Shown piece after piece: positions 1 through 10,572 of a DNA stretch of 64,000 nt. A program made the translations under genes and the position numbers. Under the pieces are notes generated by a model. It worked only from the letters and a program-made list of their open reading frames with translations. It was not told where the DNA came from and did not search any database. Each line of letters begins with the position of its first letter. Position 1 is the stretch's first letter. Origin of the DNA: Candidatus Krumholzibacteriia bacterium (lineage in GTDB: Bacteria; Krumholzibacteriota; Krumholzibacteriia; Krumholzibacteriales; Krumholzibacteriaceae); NCBI GenBank assembly GCA_963836185.1, contig CAWIIQ010000002.1, positions 320,001 to 384,000 on the forward strand, in the 5' to 3' direction.

Positions 1-889
<889 letters not shown>

Positions 890-940
890 TGACCGGCGCG
901 GGATCGAAGATCCGTGATCTTGAAAGATCTGTTTATGATG

Positions 941-969
941 GCCCCGGCGTCCGCCGGGGCTTTAATTTA
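941..969 (+). terminator. Rho-independent terminator after ahcY
   Basis: GCCCCGGCG-TC-CGCCGGGGC inverted repeat followed by TTTAATTTA. Confidence 0.7.
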
Positions 970-1155
970 TCTCCAGTCTCCCCGGGGAGACTGGATCTTC
1001 GCAAAACTGCCGTTTGTGCGGAATCTGCGCACTCCCGGCGCCGGGACTGCGCAGATAACCTGAATAAAGCAGAAAAAGCGTAATGTCAGTATTTTTACCA
1101 CCACCAGTGACGGTAAAAATCCTGCCACTTTCAACAGGTAATCCTTCGTGTTCTC

Positions 1156-1214
1156 TGTGCGGTCTGTCCAGGCGACCTTTTCTGTTTCTGTGTGCGGTCT
1201 GTCCAGGCGACCTT
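1156..1214. repeat. 24-bp direct repeat, 2 copies, 35-bp period
   Basis: TGTGCGGTCTGTCCAGGCGACCTT at 1156-1179 and 1191-1214. Confidence 0.9.
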
Positions 1215-1232
1215 GTTATGAGCGATATCCAT

Positions 1233-1297
1233 TCAGTCGAGGATCGCGAAGCTATCAGTCGAGGATCGCTAAGCTATCAATCGAGGATCGCGAAGCT
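1233..1297. repeat. 22-bp tandem repeat x3 matching the 3' end and stop codon of GWxTD paralog 1
   Basis: TCA(G/A)TCGAGGATCGC(G/T)AAGCT(A) at 1233, 1255, 1277; copy 3 encodes SFAILD* on the minus strand. Confidence 0.9.
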
Positions 1298-2459
1298 TGA
1301 TGTCTGCTCCGTGCTTTTCCACTTAGTGCGGTCAGTGACCTTCACCTTCAGCACAAAACGGCCGCTCCAGAGATTGTCGGTATTGATCTCGAGTCTCATC
1401 GGCTGCTGAGAGCCGAACCCGCTAGCCTTGAAGTCGGCGCTGATCCCCGTTTTCTGGTCGACGTAGACGAGCCCCCATCTCTTCTTCTCGGTCGGCGTTA
1501 CGGTGTATTCCACTTCGTAGAACCCGAAGTCCTCCTTGTCCACGTCAAGACCGTAGATCTCGAAATAGAAAGCTATCGGGAATGACTTCCTGTAGAGGTG
1601 AAGCGGATAGGGGATCATGATCAGGTTCCCTTTCCTGTATCTGCTGTTCTCGTCCCCGTCGCTTATTCTTCTGGCGAACTGGATATCGCTTATCGCCAGG
1701 CCGTGACCGCAGGTCAGCCGCTTGTTTGTGCGGAAGACGCCCCTGCTTCCCGATTTCCTGTCGATAGTTTCAAGCCCGAACCTGTAATAGCCAGGGTCAA
1801 GGGTCATGATGATCTGCCCGGGCAGGTATGCCGGTACCCTGGCGTCGTCTGTGTTCGGCACGGAGACCCTCAACAATTCAGCGGCCTCATCTATCTCTTT
1901 CATGTCGAGGCCCCAGACCTTCACGCGCAGTTCCACTTCGCCCTCGAGCCGGGTGCCGGAAGTATCGAACGTTATCTCAGAGACAGGTATCTCAAAGTTG
2001 ATCTCGGTCCTTAATTTGTCTGGTCCCGAGTGGAACGATGTGATGTCAAAGTACGCCTGCATGTCGAAATCGAATCCCGGATAATGGATGAATCTGGTCG
2101 ACATAATCTGATGATGGAAATCATACAGTGCCTTGTCTGCCATGATATATTCATCGGTCACGTTCTTGAATACGGTTTCCCTGATAGCCCATCTGATTTC
2201 AGCATTCCTGACAAAATCGAGAGCATCAGGATTTAATGTGTTTACGGGATCGGTAAGATCCGGATCGATGTGCATTGGAAGGAACTTGAAGCTGACCGCA
2301 TACTCGACCTGTCCCATGACTTTGTCGACCTTACAGCCTGTTGAAGAGGGTCTCCTCGTCGAAGACCTGGTAGTCTTCAGACTTGAGGAAGGAGGCGGCA
2401 GCGAGCATGAGACATGACAAGACCATAACCGACACGTTGTGCGTGTTCAGAAATCGCAT
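1277..2459 (-). pseudogene. GWxTD-family paralog 1 with the GWxTD domain deleted (signal-peptide fragment 2331-2459 plus C-terminal ORF 1277-2317)
   Basis: 2459-2331 reads MRFLNT...AASFLKSEDYQVFDEETLFNRL*, matching paralog 2 EDYRVFDEETLFNRL; ORF 1277..2317 aligns to the C-terminal ~350 aa of paralog 2 (identical STRFIHYPGFDFDMQAYFDITSFH). Confidence 0.75.
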
Positions 2460-2502
2460 TGTTACTGATGCCCCTCGGTAACACCCCTCTGTGGTGGGAT
2501 CA

Positions 2503-4338
2503 CTACTCGAGTATAGAGAAACTTGTCACCGTTTCAACCGATTTTCGCGTGCGCCTGTCCATCACGCGGACGCGGAGACGGTAACTTCCTTCCCAGAGGT
2601 CCCTGCTGTCGATCTCGAGGCGCTCGCACTGGGTCGAACCGAACCCCGAGGCGTTGAACTTCGAGCTGATCACCGTACCCATATCCCTGTATATTGGGCC
2701 CCAGCGCTTTTTTTCCGTGGGCGCGACCTCATATTCGATCTCGTAGAGCCCCAGTCCTTCCTTATCCGCATCAAGGCCGTAGATCTCGAAGTAAAAAGCT
2801 ATAGGGAACGATGTCTTATATAGGTGCAGGGGATAGGGGATGACGATCAGGCTGCCCTTCCTGTATCTGCTGTTCTGGTCCCCTTCGCTGATCCTCCTGG
2901 CGAACTGGATATCGCTGAGCGAAAGTTCCTCGCCGCAGGTCAGCCGGCGGGTAGTCCGGAAGACACCCCTGCTTCCGGAGTTGATATCGATCGTCTCGAG
3001 CCCGAACCTGTAATAGCCCGGCTCCAGCGTCAGCAGGACCTGGCCGGGGAGGTAGGCCGGCACCTTCGCGTCTTCTGTATTGGGAACAGAGACCGTGACC
3101 CTCTCTGTCTTTTCAGCGATCTCATCGTATCTCATGTCCCAGACCTTGACCCGCAGCTCCGCATGCGCCTCGAGGTTCGTTCCGCTGGTGTCGAAGGAGA
3201 TTTCGGAGACAGGTATCTCGAAATTCACCTCGGTCCTGAGTTTCCCCTGTCCCGCGTGAAAAGAGGTGATATCGAAGTAGGCCTGCATGTCGAAGTCGAA
3301 TCCGGGGTAATGGATGAACCTCGTCGATATGACCTGGCGATGATATTCATACAGGGCCTTGTCGGACCTGACATATTCATCGGTGACGTTCCTGAATGCG
3401 ACATCCATGAGGCGGTTCCTTGAGACGTCATGGTAACGGATGTAGTCGATCGCGTCGGGATTGAGCGAGTTGCGCGGATCGCTCAGGTCGGGATCGAGAT
3501 ATACCGGGAGAAAACTGTTGATGATGGAAGACTTGCCCAGAGAGTTGTCGGTATGATACATATGCGTGCTCAGGTCCATGACGGGCCGTTCATGGTATAT
3601 CGCCGCGGCCGCGCCTTTTCTTGAAAGGTCCATCGGCCTGTCATAGCCCTGTGCTTCTCTCGGAGTAAAAGTGGGTACTGTCACTGCATCCGCCGTAGAA
3701 TTATTCGGGTGATATATATCGGCCAGTTCCTCGAGGACCATCCTCGAGCTCTTGCCGAAATTGCCGTTGTAATAATCTTCCGTCCAGGATTCGCGGCCGG
3801 CCGCTTCGGAAGAGCGGACAAACTTTCCAGAGAGGTATGCGTCGCTGAAAGTCACCAGCATCGGCGGGGACCAGTAGTACCAGATCTCGGCGGGCCAGCG
3901 TTGCTCAAGCCTGTATACCTCCGACCACACCCTCTTTATCGAATCGGGCATGCCGAATCTTATAAGTGTCTCCCCCCGGTCGTCCCATCCGGGAGGATCG
4001 AAGCAGCCGAATCTTTCGACGGCGAGCTTGACCCTTTCGAAATGTTCCTTCCTACGTTCGTTCTGTCTGGTCGTCGGCGTCGGGTCCATCTCGAGCCAGA
4101 AGCGGCGGAGCCATTCTTCCCTTTCGTCCCGCGTCTCGAGGGAAAGGTATTGTCTCTTCTGATGATCGTTGAGGATATACTGAAGACCGTTGTACCGGAC
4201 TCTCTCCCTGTAGTGGAGCCTGTTGAAGAGAGTCTCCTCGTCGAAGACCCGGTAGTCTTCTGCCTGCAGGAGTGCGGCGGCCGAGATCAAACACAATACA
4301 GCAGCCGCCGCTGCGAAGCGAGCGTGCGGAGTAACCAT
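2503..4338 (-). CDS. GWxTD-domain exported protein, paralog 2 (611 aa)
   Basis: Signal peptide; FWLEMDPTPTTRQNERRKEHFERV and GWDDRGETLIRFGMPD resemble the GWxTD domain; C-terminal beta-rich region with LSDIQFA and FYFEIYGL. Confidence 0.8.
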   Translation of the reverse strand: MVTPHARFAAAAAVLCLISAAALLQAEDYRVFDEETLFNRLHYRERVRYNGLQYILNDHQKRQYLSLETRDEREEWLRRFWLEMDPTPTTRQNERRKEHFERVKLAVERFGCFDPPGWDDRGETLIRFGMPDSIKRVWSEVYRLEQRWPAEIWYYWSPPMLVTFSDAYLSGKFVRSSEAAGRESWTEDYYNGNFGKSSRMVLEELADIYHPNNSTADAVTVPTFTPREAQGYDRPMDLSRKGAAAAIYHERPVMDLSTHMYHTDNSLGKSSIINSFLPVYLDPDLSDPRNSLNPDAIDYIRYHDVSRNRLMDVAFRNVTDEYVRSDKALYEYHRQVISTRFIHYPGFDFDMQAYFDITSFHAGQGKLRTEVNFEIPVSEISFDTSGTNLEAHAELRVKVWDMRYDEIAEKTERVTVSVPNTEDAKVPAYLPGQVLLTLEPGYYRFGLETIDINSGSRGVFRTTRRLTCGEELSLSDIQFARRISEGDQNSRYRKGSLIVIPYPLHLYKTSFPIAFYFEIYGLDADKEGLGLYEIEYEVAPTEKKRWGPIYRDMGTVISSKFNASGFGSTQCERLEIDSRDLWEGSYRLRVRVMDRRTRKSVETVTSFSILE

Positions 4339-4440
4339 ATTAATTTTCCCCTGTATCTCCCCGCGGTGGGATCCCTGTCTAAATATAGGGCGATTTGCCG
4401 CCGCTTCAACGACAAATAAAAAAATGTATGTTAATAAGAA

Positions 4441-5991
4441 TTATTCCAGGATGGAGAAGCTCGTCTGTGTTTCAACCGATTTTCTCGTGCGCCTGTCCAT
4501 CACGCGGACGCGGAGGCGGAAGCTTCCTTCCCAGAGGTCTTTGCTGTCGATCTCGAGGCGCTCGTGCTGCGTCGAGCCGAATCCCGAGGCGTTGACCTTC
4601 GAGCTCATCACAGTGGCGACATCCTTGTATACCGGCCCCTCGCGCTTCTTCTCCTTCGGTTCTACCGAATACTCCACTTCCCAGAACCCGAAATCCTCCT
4701 CGTCGAGGTCGAGGCCGTATATCTCGAAGTAGAACTTCACCGGGTCGGGCTTGCGGTAGGCGTGTACGGGGTGGGGGATCACACGCAGCGGCCCCTTGAT
4801 GAAACTTGTCCGTCCGCCCGCATCGGTCGATAGAGCTGGCGAGCTGTATGTCGCTCACGCTGAAGGAATCGCCCATCGCCGTTATATTCCTGCTCGTGAG
4901 AAATACGCCGTGCTTCTTCGATCCTTCGGTCCCTGACCTCGAGGCCGAACCTGTAGTATCCAGGATCGAGGGTGAGGATGAACTGGGCCGGAAGAAGCCA
5001 CGGAGAGTCGGGCTCCGGTTTCTCGGGAAGGTCGATATCGACCACATCCATGCCCGAGACGACCTCTTCCATGTTCAGGTCATATACAGCGACCTTCACC
5101 TCGAAATCTGTCTTGAATCCCTCGCGGACCTTTTCGAAGGTGAGTTCCCTCGCCGGTATCTCGAAGTTGACCTCTGTGCGCACCTTGCCCTGGCCGCCCC
5201 TGAAGTTCGTGATGTCGAAGTAGCAGGGGAGGGGCTGGCGTGCGATGTCGGCCGTGTGAAAGTGCCTGTTGTGCTCGAGATTCGAGTAGAAGTTCAACAG
5301 CTGCGGGGCTCGCCGGAGAAGAACAGGTCATAGACGTTCGAGCTGGAGTAGTGTCATCGACTCGAGGCAATCACTGTAATAGTCATCGAGCTCTCGGTAA
5401 GGATATTGTGGTCGTTATCCGTCCTTACCTCCATGAAGTAGATCATGCTCTCCGCTGAGATTCACGTCCTCGAATGGGACGACCATGCCGAGCCTGGGAT
5501 AGTGCCAGACCTCTCCCGGCATCTTGATGTCCTCGGCGCTGTTCTGGTTGCTTGGTGCGTCGAATCCGCCGATATTCCCGGGGATGTCGGCTATGACACG
5601 CAGGTTTGCCGAACCTGATCAGAGTCTCGCCGCGGTGGTCCCAGCCGGGAAAGCCTTCCTTCGGGTACTGCTCCCTCGCGTCCTTCACCCGCTGCTCGTG
5701 CTCGATCCTTCGCTCGTTCTTCCTGGTGGCCGGTGTCGGGTCGTTCAGTTTCCAGAACCTCGCTATCCAGTCGTCGCGTTCTTTCCTCGTCGGAGTCTTC
5801 AGATAGTGCAGCTTCTGGTAATTGTTCATCAGGTAGCGCAGCCCTTCGTAGCGGCGCTTCTCGTACCGGTCGAGCTGGCTGAAGAGCTCTTCCTCGTCGA
5901 AGGGGACATCGTATCCTTCAGCCGCGATGGCTGAGGGGAGCATGCAGGCAAGCAGGACGATCAGGATCAGATATCTCAAAAAGGCGGACAT
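4441..5991 (-). CDS. GWxTD-domain exported protein, paralog 3 (split by several frameshifts)
   Basis: Colinear fragments: 5443..5991 (FWKLNDPTPATRKNE, GWDHRGETLIRFG), 4779..5297 (FDITNFRGGQGKVRTEVNFEIP), 4441..4782 (FYFEIYGL...TSFSILE). Confidence 0.75.
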
Positions 5992-6038
5992 CGACCGTGC
6001 CTTTCGCTGAACGGAGATATATACAGGCGGCGGGGTCC

Positions 6039-7616
6039 CTACTCCAGTATAGAGAAGTTGGCGATCTTTTCAACAGATTCACGCGTCCGGCGGTCCTTTA
6101 CGGTGATGATCAGCCTGAACGAGCCTTCCCAGAGGTTGCCGGTCGCTATCTCGAGCCGCTGCGGTTGAGTCGAACCGAACCCGCTCGCCTCGAACTTCGA
6201 TTCGACGGCGGTATCCATCTCCTCGAGGGTCAGCCCTGTTTTCTTCTTCGAGACAGGGACGACCCGGTACTCGACCTCGTAGAGGGCGAATCCCTCCTCG
6301 TCGGTATCGAGGCCGTAAATCTCGAAATAGAAAGTCAGGGGGTAGGGGATCCTGTAGGCGTGGAGGGGATGGGGGACGACCTGAAGGTTCCCCTTCTGGT
6401 ACCTGACGGTCTTGTCGACCTGCGTGATCGTGCTGGCCAGCAGGATATCGCTCAGGGCGAGTCCCTTGTCCATGGGCGGGAGCTCGACGTTCGCCCGGTA
6501 GACGCCCATCCTTCCCGACTTGAGGTCGTGCGCTTCGATACCTATCCGGTAGTAACCCGGATCGAGGGTGACGGCGACCTGCCCGGGGATATACGACGGC
6601 CCGTCGAAGGTCTGGCCCCCTTCCTGGGTCGCGCCGGTGAATTCGGAGGCGGACGCGACTTCCTTCATGTCGATGTCGCGGACCATCACGCTCAGTTCCA
6701 CACCCGCGCTCAGGATGCCGTCCCTGCGTTCGAAGACGAGCTCCCTGGTCGGCACCTCGAAGTTGACCTCGGTGCGGATCTTGCCTTCTCCCGCGTTGAA
6801 CGAGGTGATGTCGAAGGCGACGGGGAGGAGGTCCTCGTCCATCTCGAACGAATAGATCGTCGGTTTGTCCTCGAGATACATGTAGAAGTTGTTCTTCGAT
6901 TCGCGGAGCTGGTCCTGCCTGACGACGTCCTCGAAACTCCTCGTCGCGAGCTGCGCCCTGAGGTCGGGGGAGGCGACGTAATCGATATTGTCGGGATTGA
7001 AGTTCTTCAGCGCCATCAGCGCGGAGCCCTGGTCGAGCTGCATCTCCTCGATCGGCACAAGCTTCGAGTGCTCGGAGACGGCCCTCATCTTGTCGAGCGT
7101 CTCTCTCGCCGACATCGCCTGCGGCTCGATCGCGAATATATGTATGCCGTTGAGGTTGAAGTCGTGGAAAAGTATCGTCATGTCGAGCCTGTAATAGTAC
7201 CACATCTCGCCGGGGGGCAGCATCCTGTAGAAGCCGATGTTTGCCGGGAAGTGCGACCGTACCCCGGGCCATCCCCACCTGATGAGGCATTCGCCCCTTT
7301 TGTCCCAGCCGGGCGCCTTCTTCATGCCGAACTCGCCGCGGGCGAGCCTGACCCTCAGGTCGTGCTCTATCCTGCGCTCGTTCTCGCTGGTCGCCGGCGT
7401 CGGGTCGTTCATCGCCCACCACCGCTCGAGCCATTCGTCCCGCCCGGCCCTCGTCGGCTGGGAGAGGTAATGACGTTTTTCATGGTCATTCAGCGAGTAG
7501 CGGAGGCCGAAGTATGTGAGCCTCTCCTCGGGTTCGATCTTTCTGAGGAGGTCGTTCTCTCCCTTGAAGTCCTCGGAACGCGCGGCGGGCAGGCGCAGAG
7601 ATGCGAGGAGGATCAA
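6039..7616 (-). CDS. GWxTD-domain exported protein, paralog 4 (~525 aa; start uncertain)
   Basis: WWAMNDPTPATSENERRIEHDLRV, GWDKRGECLIRWGWP, same C-terminal domains ending FSILE. Confidence 0.8.
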   Translation of the reverse strand: MILLASLRLPAARSEDFKGENDLLRKIEPEERLTYFGLRYSLNDHEKRHYLSQPTRAGRDEWLERWWAMNDPTPATSENERRIEHDLRVRLARGEFGMKKAPGWDKRGECLIRWGWPGVRSHFPANIGFYRMLPPGEMWYYYRLDMTILFHDFNLNGIHIFAIEPQAMSARETLDKMRAVSEHSKLVPIEEMQLDQGSALMALKNFNPDNIDYVASPDLRAQLATRSFEDVVRQDQLRESKNNFYMYLEDKPTIYSFEMDEDLLPVAFDITSFNAGEGKIRTEVNFEVPTRELVFERRDGILSAGVELSVMVRDIDMKEVASASEFTGATQEGGQTFDGPSYIPGQVAVTLDPGYYRIGIEAHDLKSGRMGVYRANVELPPMDKGLALSDILLASTITQVDKTVRYQKGNLQVVPHPLHAYRIPYPLTFYFEIYGLDTDEEGFALYEVEYRVVPVSKKKTGLTLEEMDTAVESKFEASGFGSTQPQRLEIATGNLWEGSFRLIITVKDRRTRESVEKIANFSILE

Positions 7617-7705
7617 GATTGTGATGGCACTGTACGTTATATCGGTATTTCTCAGTCTCGGGGCATGAACGGGATATCAATATAATAAACATTGTTACTT
7701 CTTTC

Positions 7706-8785
7706 CTACTTGTTCGCCCTCCACAGCAGGACGGCTCCGAGGAGGACGAATATGATATTGCCCATCCAGGCGCCGAGCAGGGGGTGAAGCACACCGCTGT
7801 GCCCGAGCGACTGGCCGACGCGCAGGATCCCGTAGTACATGAAACTTATAAGCAGTGTCAGCCCGAACCCGGTGGCCATCGACGGCTTTCTTTTCGCCGA
7901 GGACAGGGCCACCCCGATGATCGCGAAGATAAAGGCTGTAAACGGGAAGCTGAACTTGAAGTATAGATCGACGAGGTACTTGTCGATTGCGCCCCCGCCC
8001 CTTCTGATCTTGTCGATATGCTCTCTCAGCTCGAGGAAGTTCATCTCCTCGGGAGTGATCTCCTCCTTGGCGATGTCTTCCGGTCTCTCGGGAAGGTGGG
8101 GCATCTCCATCCTCTGGAATGTCGTGACCGTCTCGCCGGCCTCCTGGAAATCCCTGACCGCCCCATCCATGAAGACCCATTTCGAGCCGTCCCAGAAAGC
8201 CTTCTTGGCGTCTACGCGGCGGACGAGCTTCGCGTCCTCATGCTCGTGCAGCGCGACATTGAGCAGCACGCTCAGCTTGATGTCGTATCTCTCGGCGTAC
8301 CAGGTCCGGTTGCCTTCGCCCTGGTAATGAAGGTTCTTCCTGTACTTGAAGCTGTCACTTTCCCTGCTCCCCTTGATATCGACCGACATTATCTTGTCGG
8401 CCCGCCGATTGGCGTAGGGTACGATGAATTCGCTGAAGACAAGCGAGGCAAGGCTGATCAGCAGGGCGGAGAGAAGTATCGGCCTCGCTATCCTCGTCAG
8501 GGGCATTCCCGCCACCACCAGCGCGGTGAGCTCGTTTTCCCGCGACAGCCGTCCGAGTGTAAACACGGTCGAGAGAAGGACCGAGATCGGCATCGTCAGG
8601 AGAATTATCCATGGGAGCTGAAAGAGGTAGTACGACGAGACCTCGCCCATCGTCGCCTTGCTGTCGTAGTAATCGTCAGATTTTTCGCTGAGGTCGACTG
8701 TGACATAGATCACCGTAAAGGCGATGAAGCCTATGATCAGGTTTCTCCAGAACCCTCCGAGTATATAGCGATCGTGGATCCTCAC
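7706..8785 (-). CDS. lptG: LPS export ABC transporter permease LptG
   Basis: YjgP/YjgQ pattern: DRYI N-terminus, LSRENELTAL, three TM + periplasmic domain + three TM, GAWMGNIIF. Confidence 0.88.
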   Translation of the reverse strand: MRIHDRYILGGFWRNLIIGFIAFTVIYVTVDLSEKSDDYYDSKATMGEVSSYYLFQLPWIILLTMPISVLLSTVFTLGRLSRENELTALVVAGMPLTRIARPILLSALLISLASLVFSEFIVPYANRRADKIMSVDIKGSRESDSFKYRKNLHYQGEGNRTWYAERYDIKLSVLLNVALHEHEDAKLVRRVDAKKAFWDGSKWVFMDGAVRDFQEAGETVTTFQRMEMPHLPERPEDIAKEEITPEEMNFLELREHIDKIRRGGGAIDKYLVDLYFKFSFPFTAFIFAIIGVALSSAKRKPSMATGFGLTLLISFMYYGILRVGQSLGHSGVLHPLLGAWMGNIIFVLLGAVLLWRANK

Positions 8786-8831
8786 GGCTGGTATTTACCC
8801 CTGGAAAAGCACGAGGTTCCCTGCTGTCGGG

Positions 8832-10232
8832 TTACAATATACCCGCAGCGCGCTTCTGCCGCCAACGTTTTAAGATGTTAAAGCGGTCCCAGTTGATAGT
8901 CTGCGACTCGCGGACGGTGCTCCAGAGGAGCAGCCCGGCGGCGCCGAGGAGGACGATATTGGGGAGCCACATCGCGAGCCAGGGCTCGAGCACCCTCCTG
9001 TCGGCGAGTTTTTCCCCGGTGATCAGGAAGACGTAGTAGACGAGGAAGAAGATGATAGAGAAGGAGATCGACATCGTCATCCCCTTCTTTCCCGACCTGA
9101 TGGCGAGCGGAGCGCCGAGCAGGACGAATATCAGGCAGCTGAACGGTATCGAGTATTTCTTGTGGATCTCGACCTCGTACCTCGATATCTGCTGATCGAG
9201 GCCGGTGATCCTTCTCATTATCGTCTCGAGCGCATACATCTGCTGCTCGGCGGGATTTTTGGCGTTCTGCTGAGCGCGCTGTTCGGCACGGCTCGTCGGG
9301 GGTTCGGGCGCCTCCCGGGCTTCGCCCTTGAATGCGTCGAAGGCCATCACTCTCGAGAGGTTCCCGACCATATCCTTCTCGGCGCTGATGTGCATGTCCC
9401 TGCTGTAGCCGGCTATCTCCCCCTGCAGCTGCCTGACCTTTTCGCGCATCATCCCCCCGCTCATCTCGCGGTCCCCCCGGTACGAGCGCCGGGAGCGCGC
9501 GAGTCCACGGTCGGTATCCTTTATGTTGATCGTGAAGTTGCTGAAAAGGGTCTTCCTGTATGTCGAGATGTCGGACGGGTCGGGCATCTCGTGTATCTCT
9601 CCATCCTGGAGCTCGAATCTGAGGACATTCTCCGACTCGATGAACGACATCCTGCCCCGGTCGGCGACGATAGTCGTGGGCACCATCCCTTTCTTGGTGC
9701 GGAAGATCTGTACATCCTCGATCTTTCCCGTCTTGTCGTCTTTCTCCCTGACGAGGATCGTGTAGCCATCGACGGCCGAACTGAAGATGTTTTCCTTGAT
9801 CTCGAGGGTCGGTTTCATCTTTCCGATATCGAGCATCAGGTTCATCAGCCGGTGGTTGGCCTCGGGGAGGATGATGTTCTGGTAATAGACGAGGCCGGCG
9901 CCGAGGAAGAGGGAGGCGATGATGACCGGGGCTATCATCCGGTAGAGGGAGACCCCCGTCGCTCTCATCGCCGTGACCTCATTTTCGGAGGCGAACTGGC
10001 CGAAAGCCATTAGGGTAGCGGGCATTACAGCCATTGGAATGATTAATGCGAACATATGACCGAGGCTGAGGAAAAAGAATTCGAGAACGACGAAGAATCC
10101 GACTCCTTTGTCTATAAACATATCGAGATAACGGATGATGAAATCCATGATAAATATGAAGGTGATTATGATGATACTGAAGAGATACGGAGGTATGTGG
10201 CTCTTCAGTATGTATCGATCAAGTATGTACAT
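8832..10232 (-). CDS. lptF: LPS export ABC transporter permease LptF (extended periplasmic region)
   Basis: ILDRYIL, SENEVTAMRATGVS, EIHKKYSIPFSC, AMWLPNI; tandem with lptG. Confidence 0.88.
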   Translation of the reverse strand: MYILDRYILKSHIPPYLFSIIIITFIFIMDFIIRYLDMFIDKGVGFFVVLEFFFLSLGHMFALIIPMAVMPATLMAFGQFASENEVTAMRATGVSLYRMIAPVIIASLFLGAGLVYYQNIILPEANHRLMNLMLDIGKMKPTLEIKENIFSSAVDGYTILVREKDDKTGKIEDVQIFRTKKGMVPTTIVADRGRMSFIESENVLRFELQDGEIHEMPDPSDISTYRKTLFSNFTINIKDTDRGLARSRRSYRGDREMSGGMMREKVRQLQGEIAGYSRDMHISAEKDMVGNLSRVMAFDAFKGEAREAPEPPTSRAEQRAQQNAKNPAEQQMYALETIMRRITGLDQQISRYEVEIHKKYSIPFSCLIFVLLGAPLAIRSGKKGMTMSISFSIIFFLVYYVFLITGEKLADRRVLEPWLAMWLPNIVLLGAAGLLLWSTVRESQTINWDRFNILKRWRQKRAAGIL

Positions 10233-10572
10233 GACAACAGCTTAGTTTAAAGTAAATCTTCCGGCGCGTCGCGGATCGTACCTTTCGGTCAGGTGCAACG
10301 ATCGTTCCGGCGGCGCCGGCCGGAAGTGATGAAATAACGGATATCCGGCCTGTCCGCTCCCCTGGTCGCTTGATAAAAGAGGCCTCAAGGGGATTTCTAT
10401 ACCTGTACCCGATAGTGGACAGGACAGGTGTATTCTGTCCCCGTAACGGGACATCGCCGAGCCCCATTCGAACCGGCAGTCAGCCGGGCCGACGGCGCTT
10501 TCATCGCCCGGTAATTTATCACATATCCGCGTGCGGATGACAGCCTATTCTGAATGCTTGCCCGGAGGGTAA

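Noticed and set aside
1156-1297. Direct repeats as a CRISPR array
   Set aside because: Only two copies with an 11-nt gap, or head-to-tail copies without spacers, and no cas genes.
1277-7616. Paralog similarity as a diversity-generating retroelement TR/VR pair
   Set aside because: No reverse transcriptase in the window, and the differences look mostly synonymous rather than adenine-specific.
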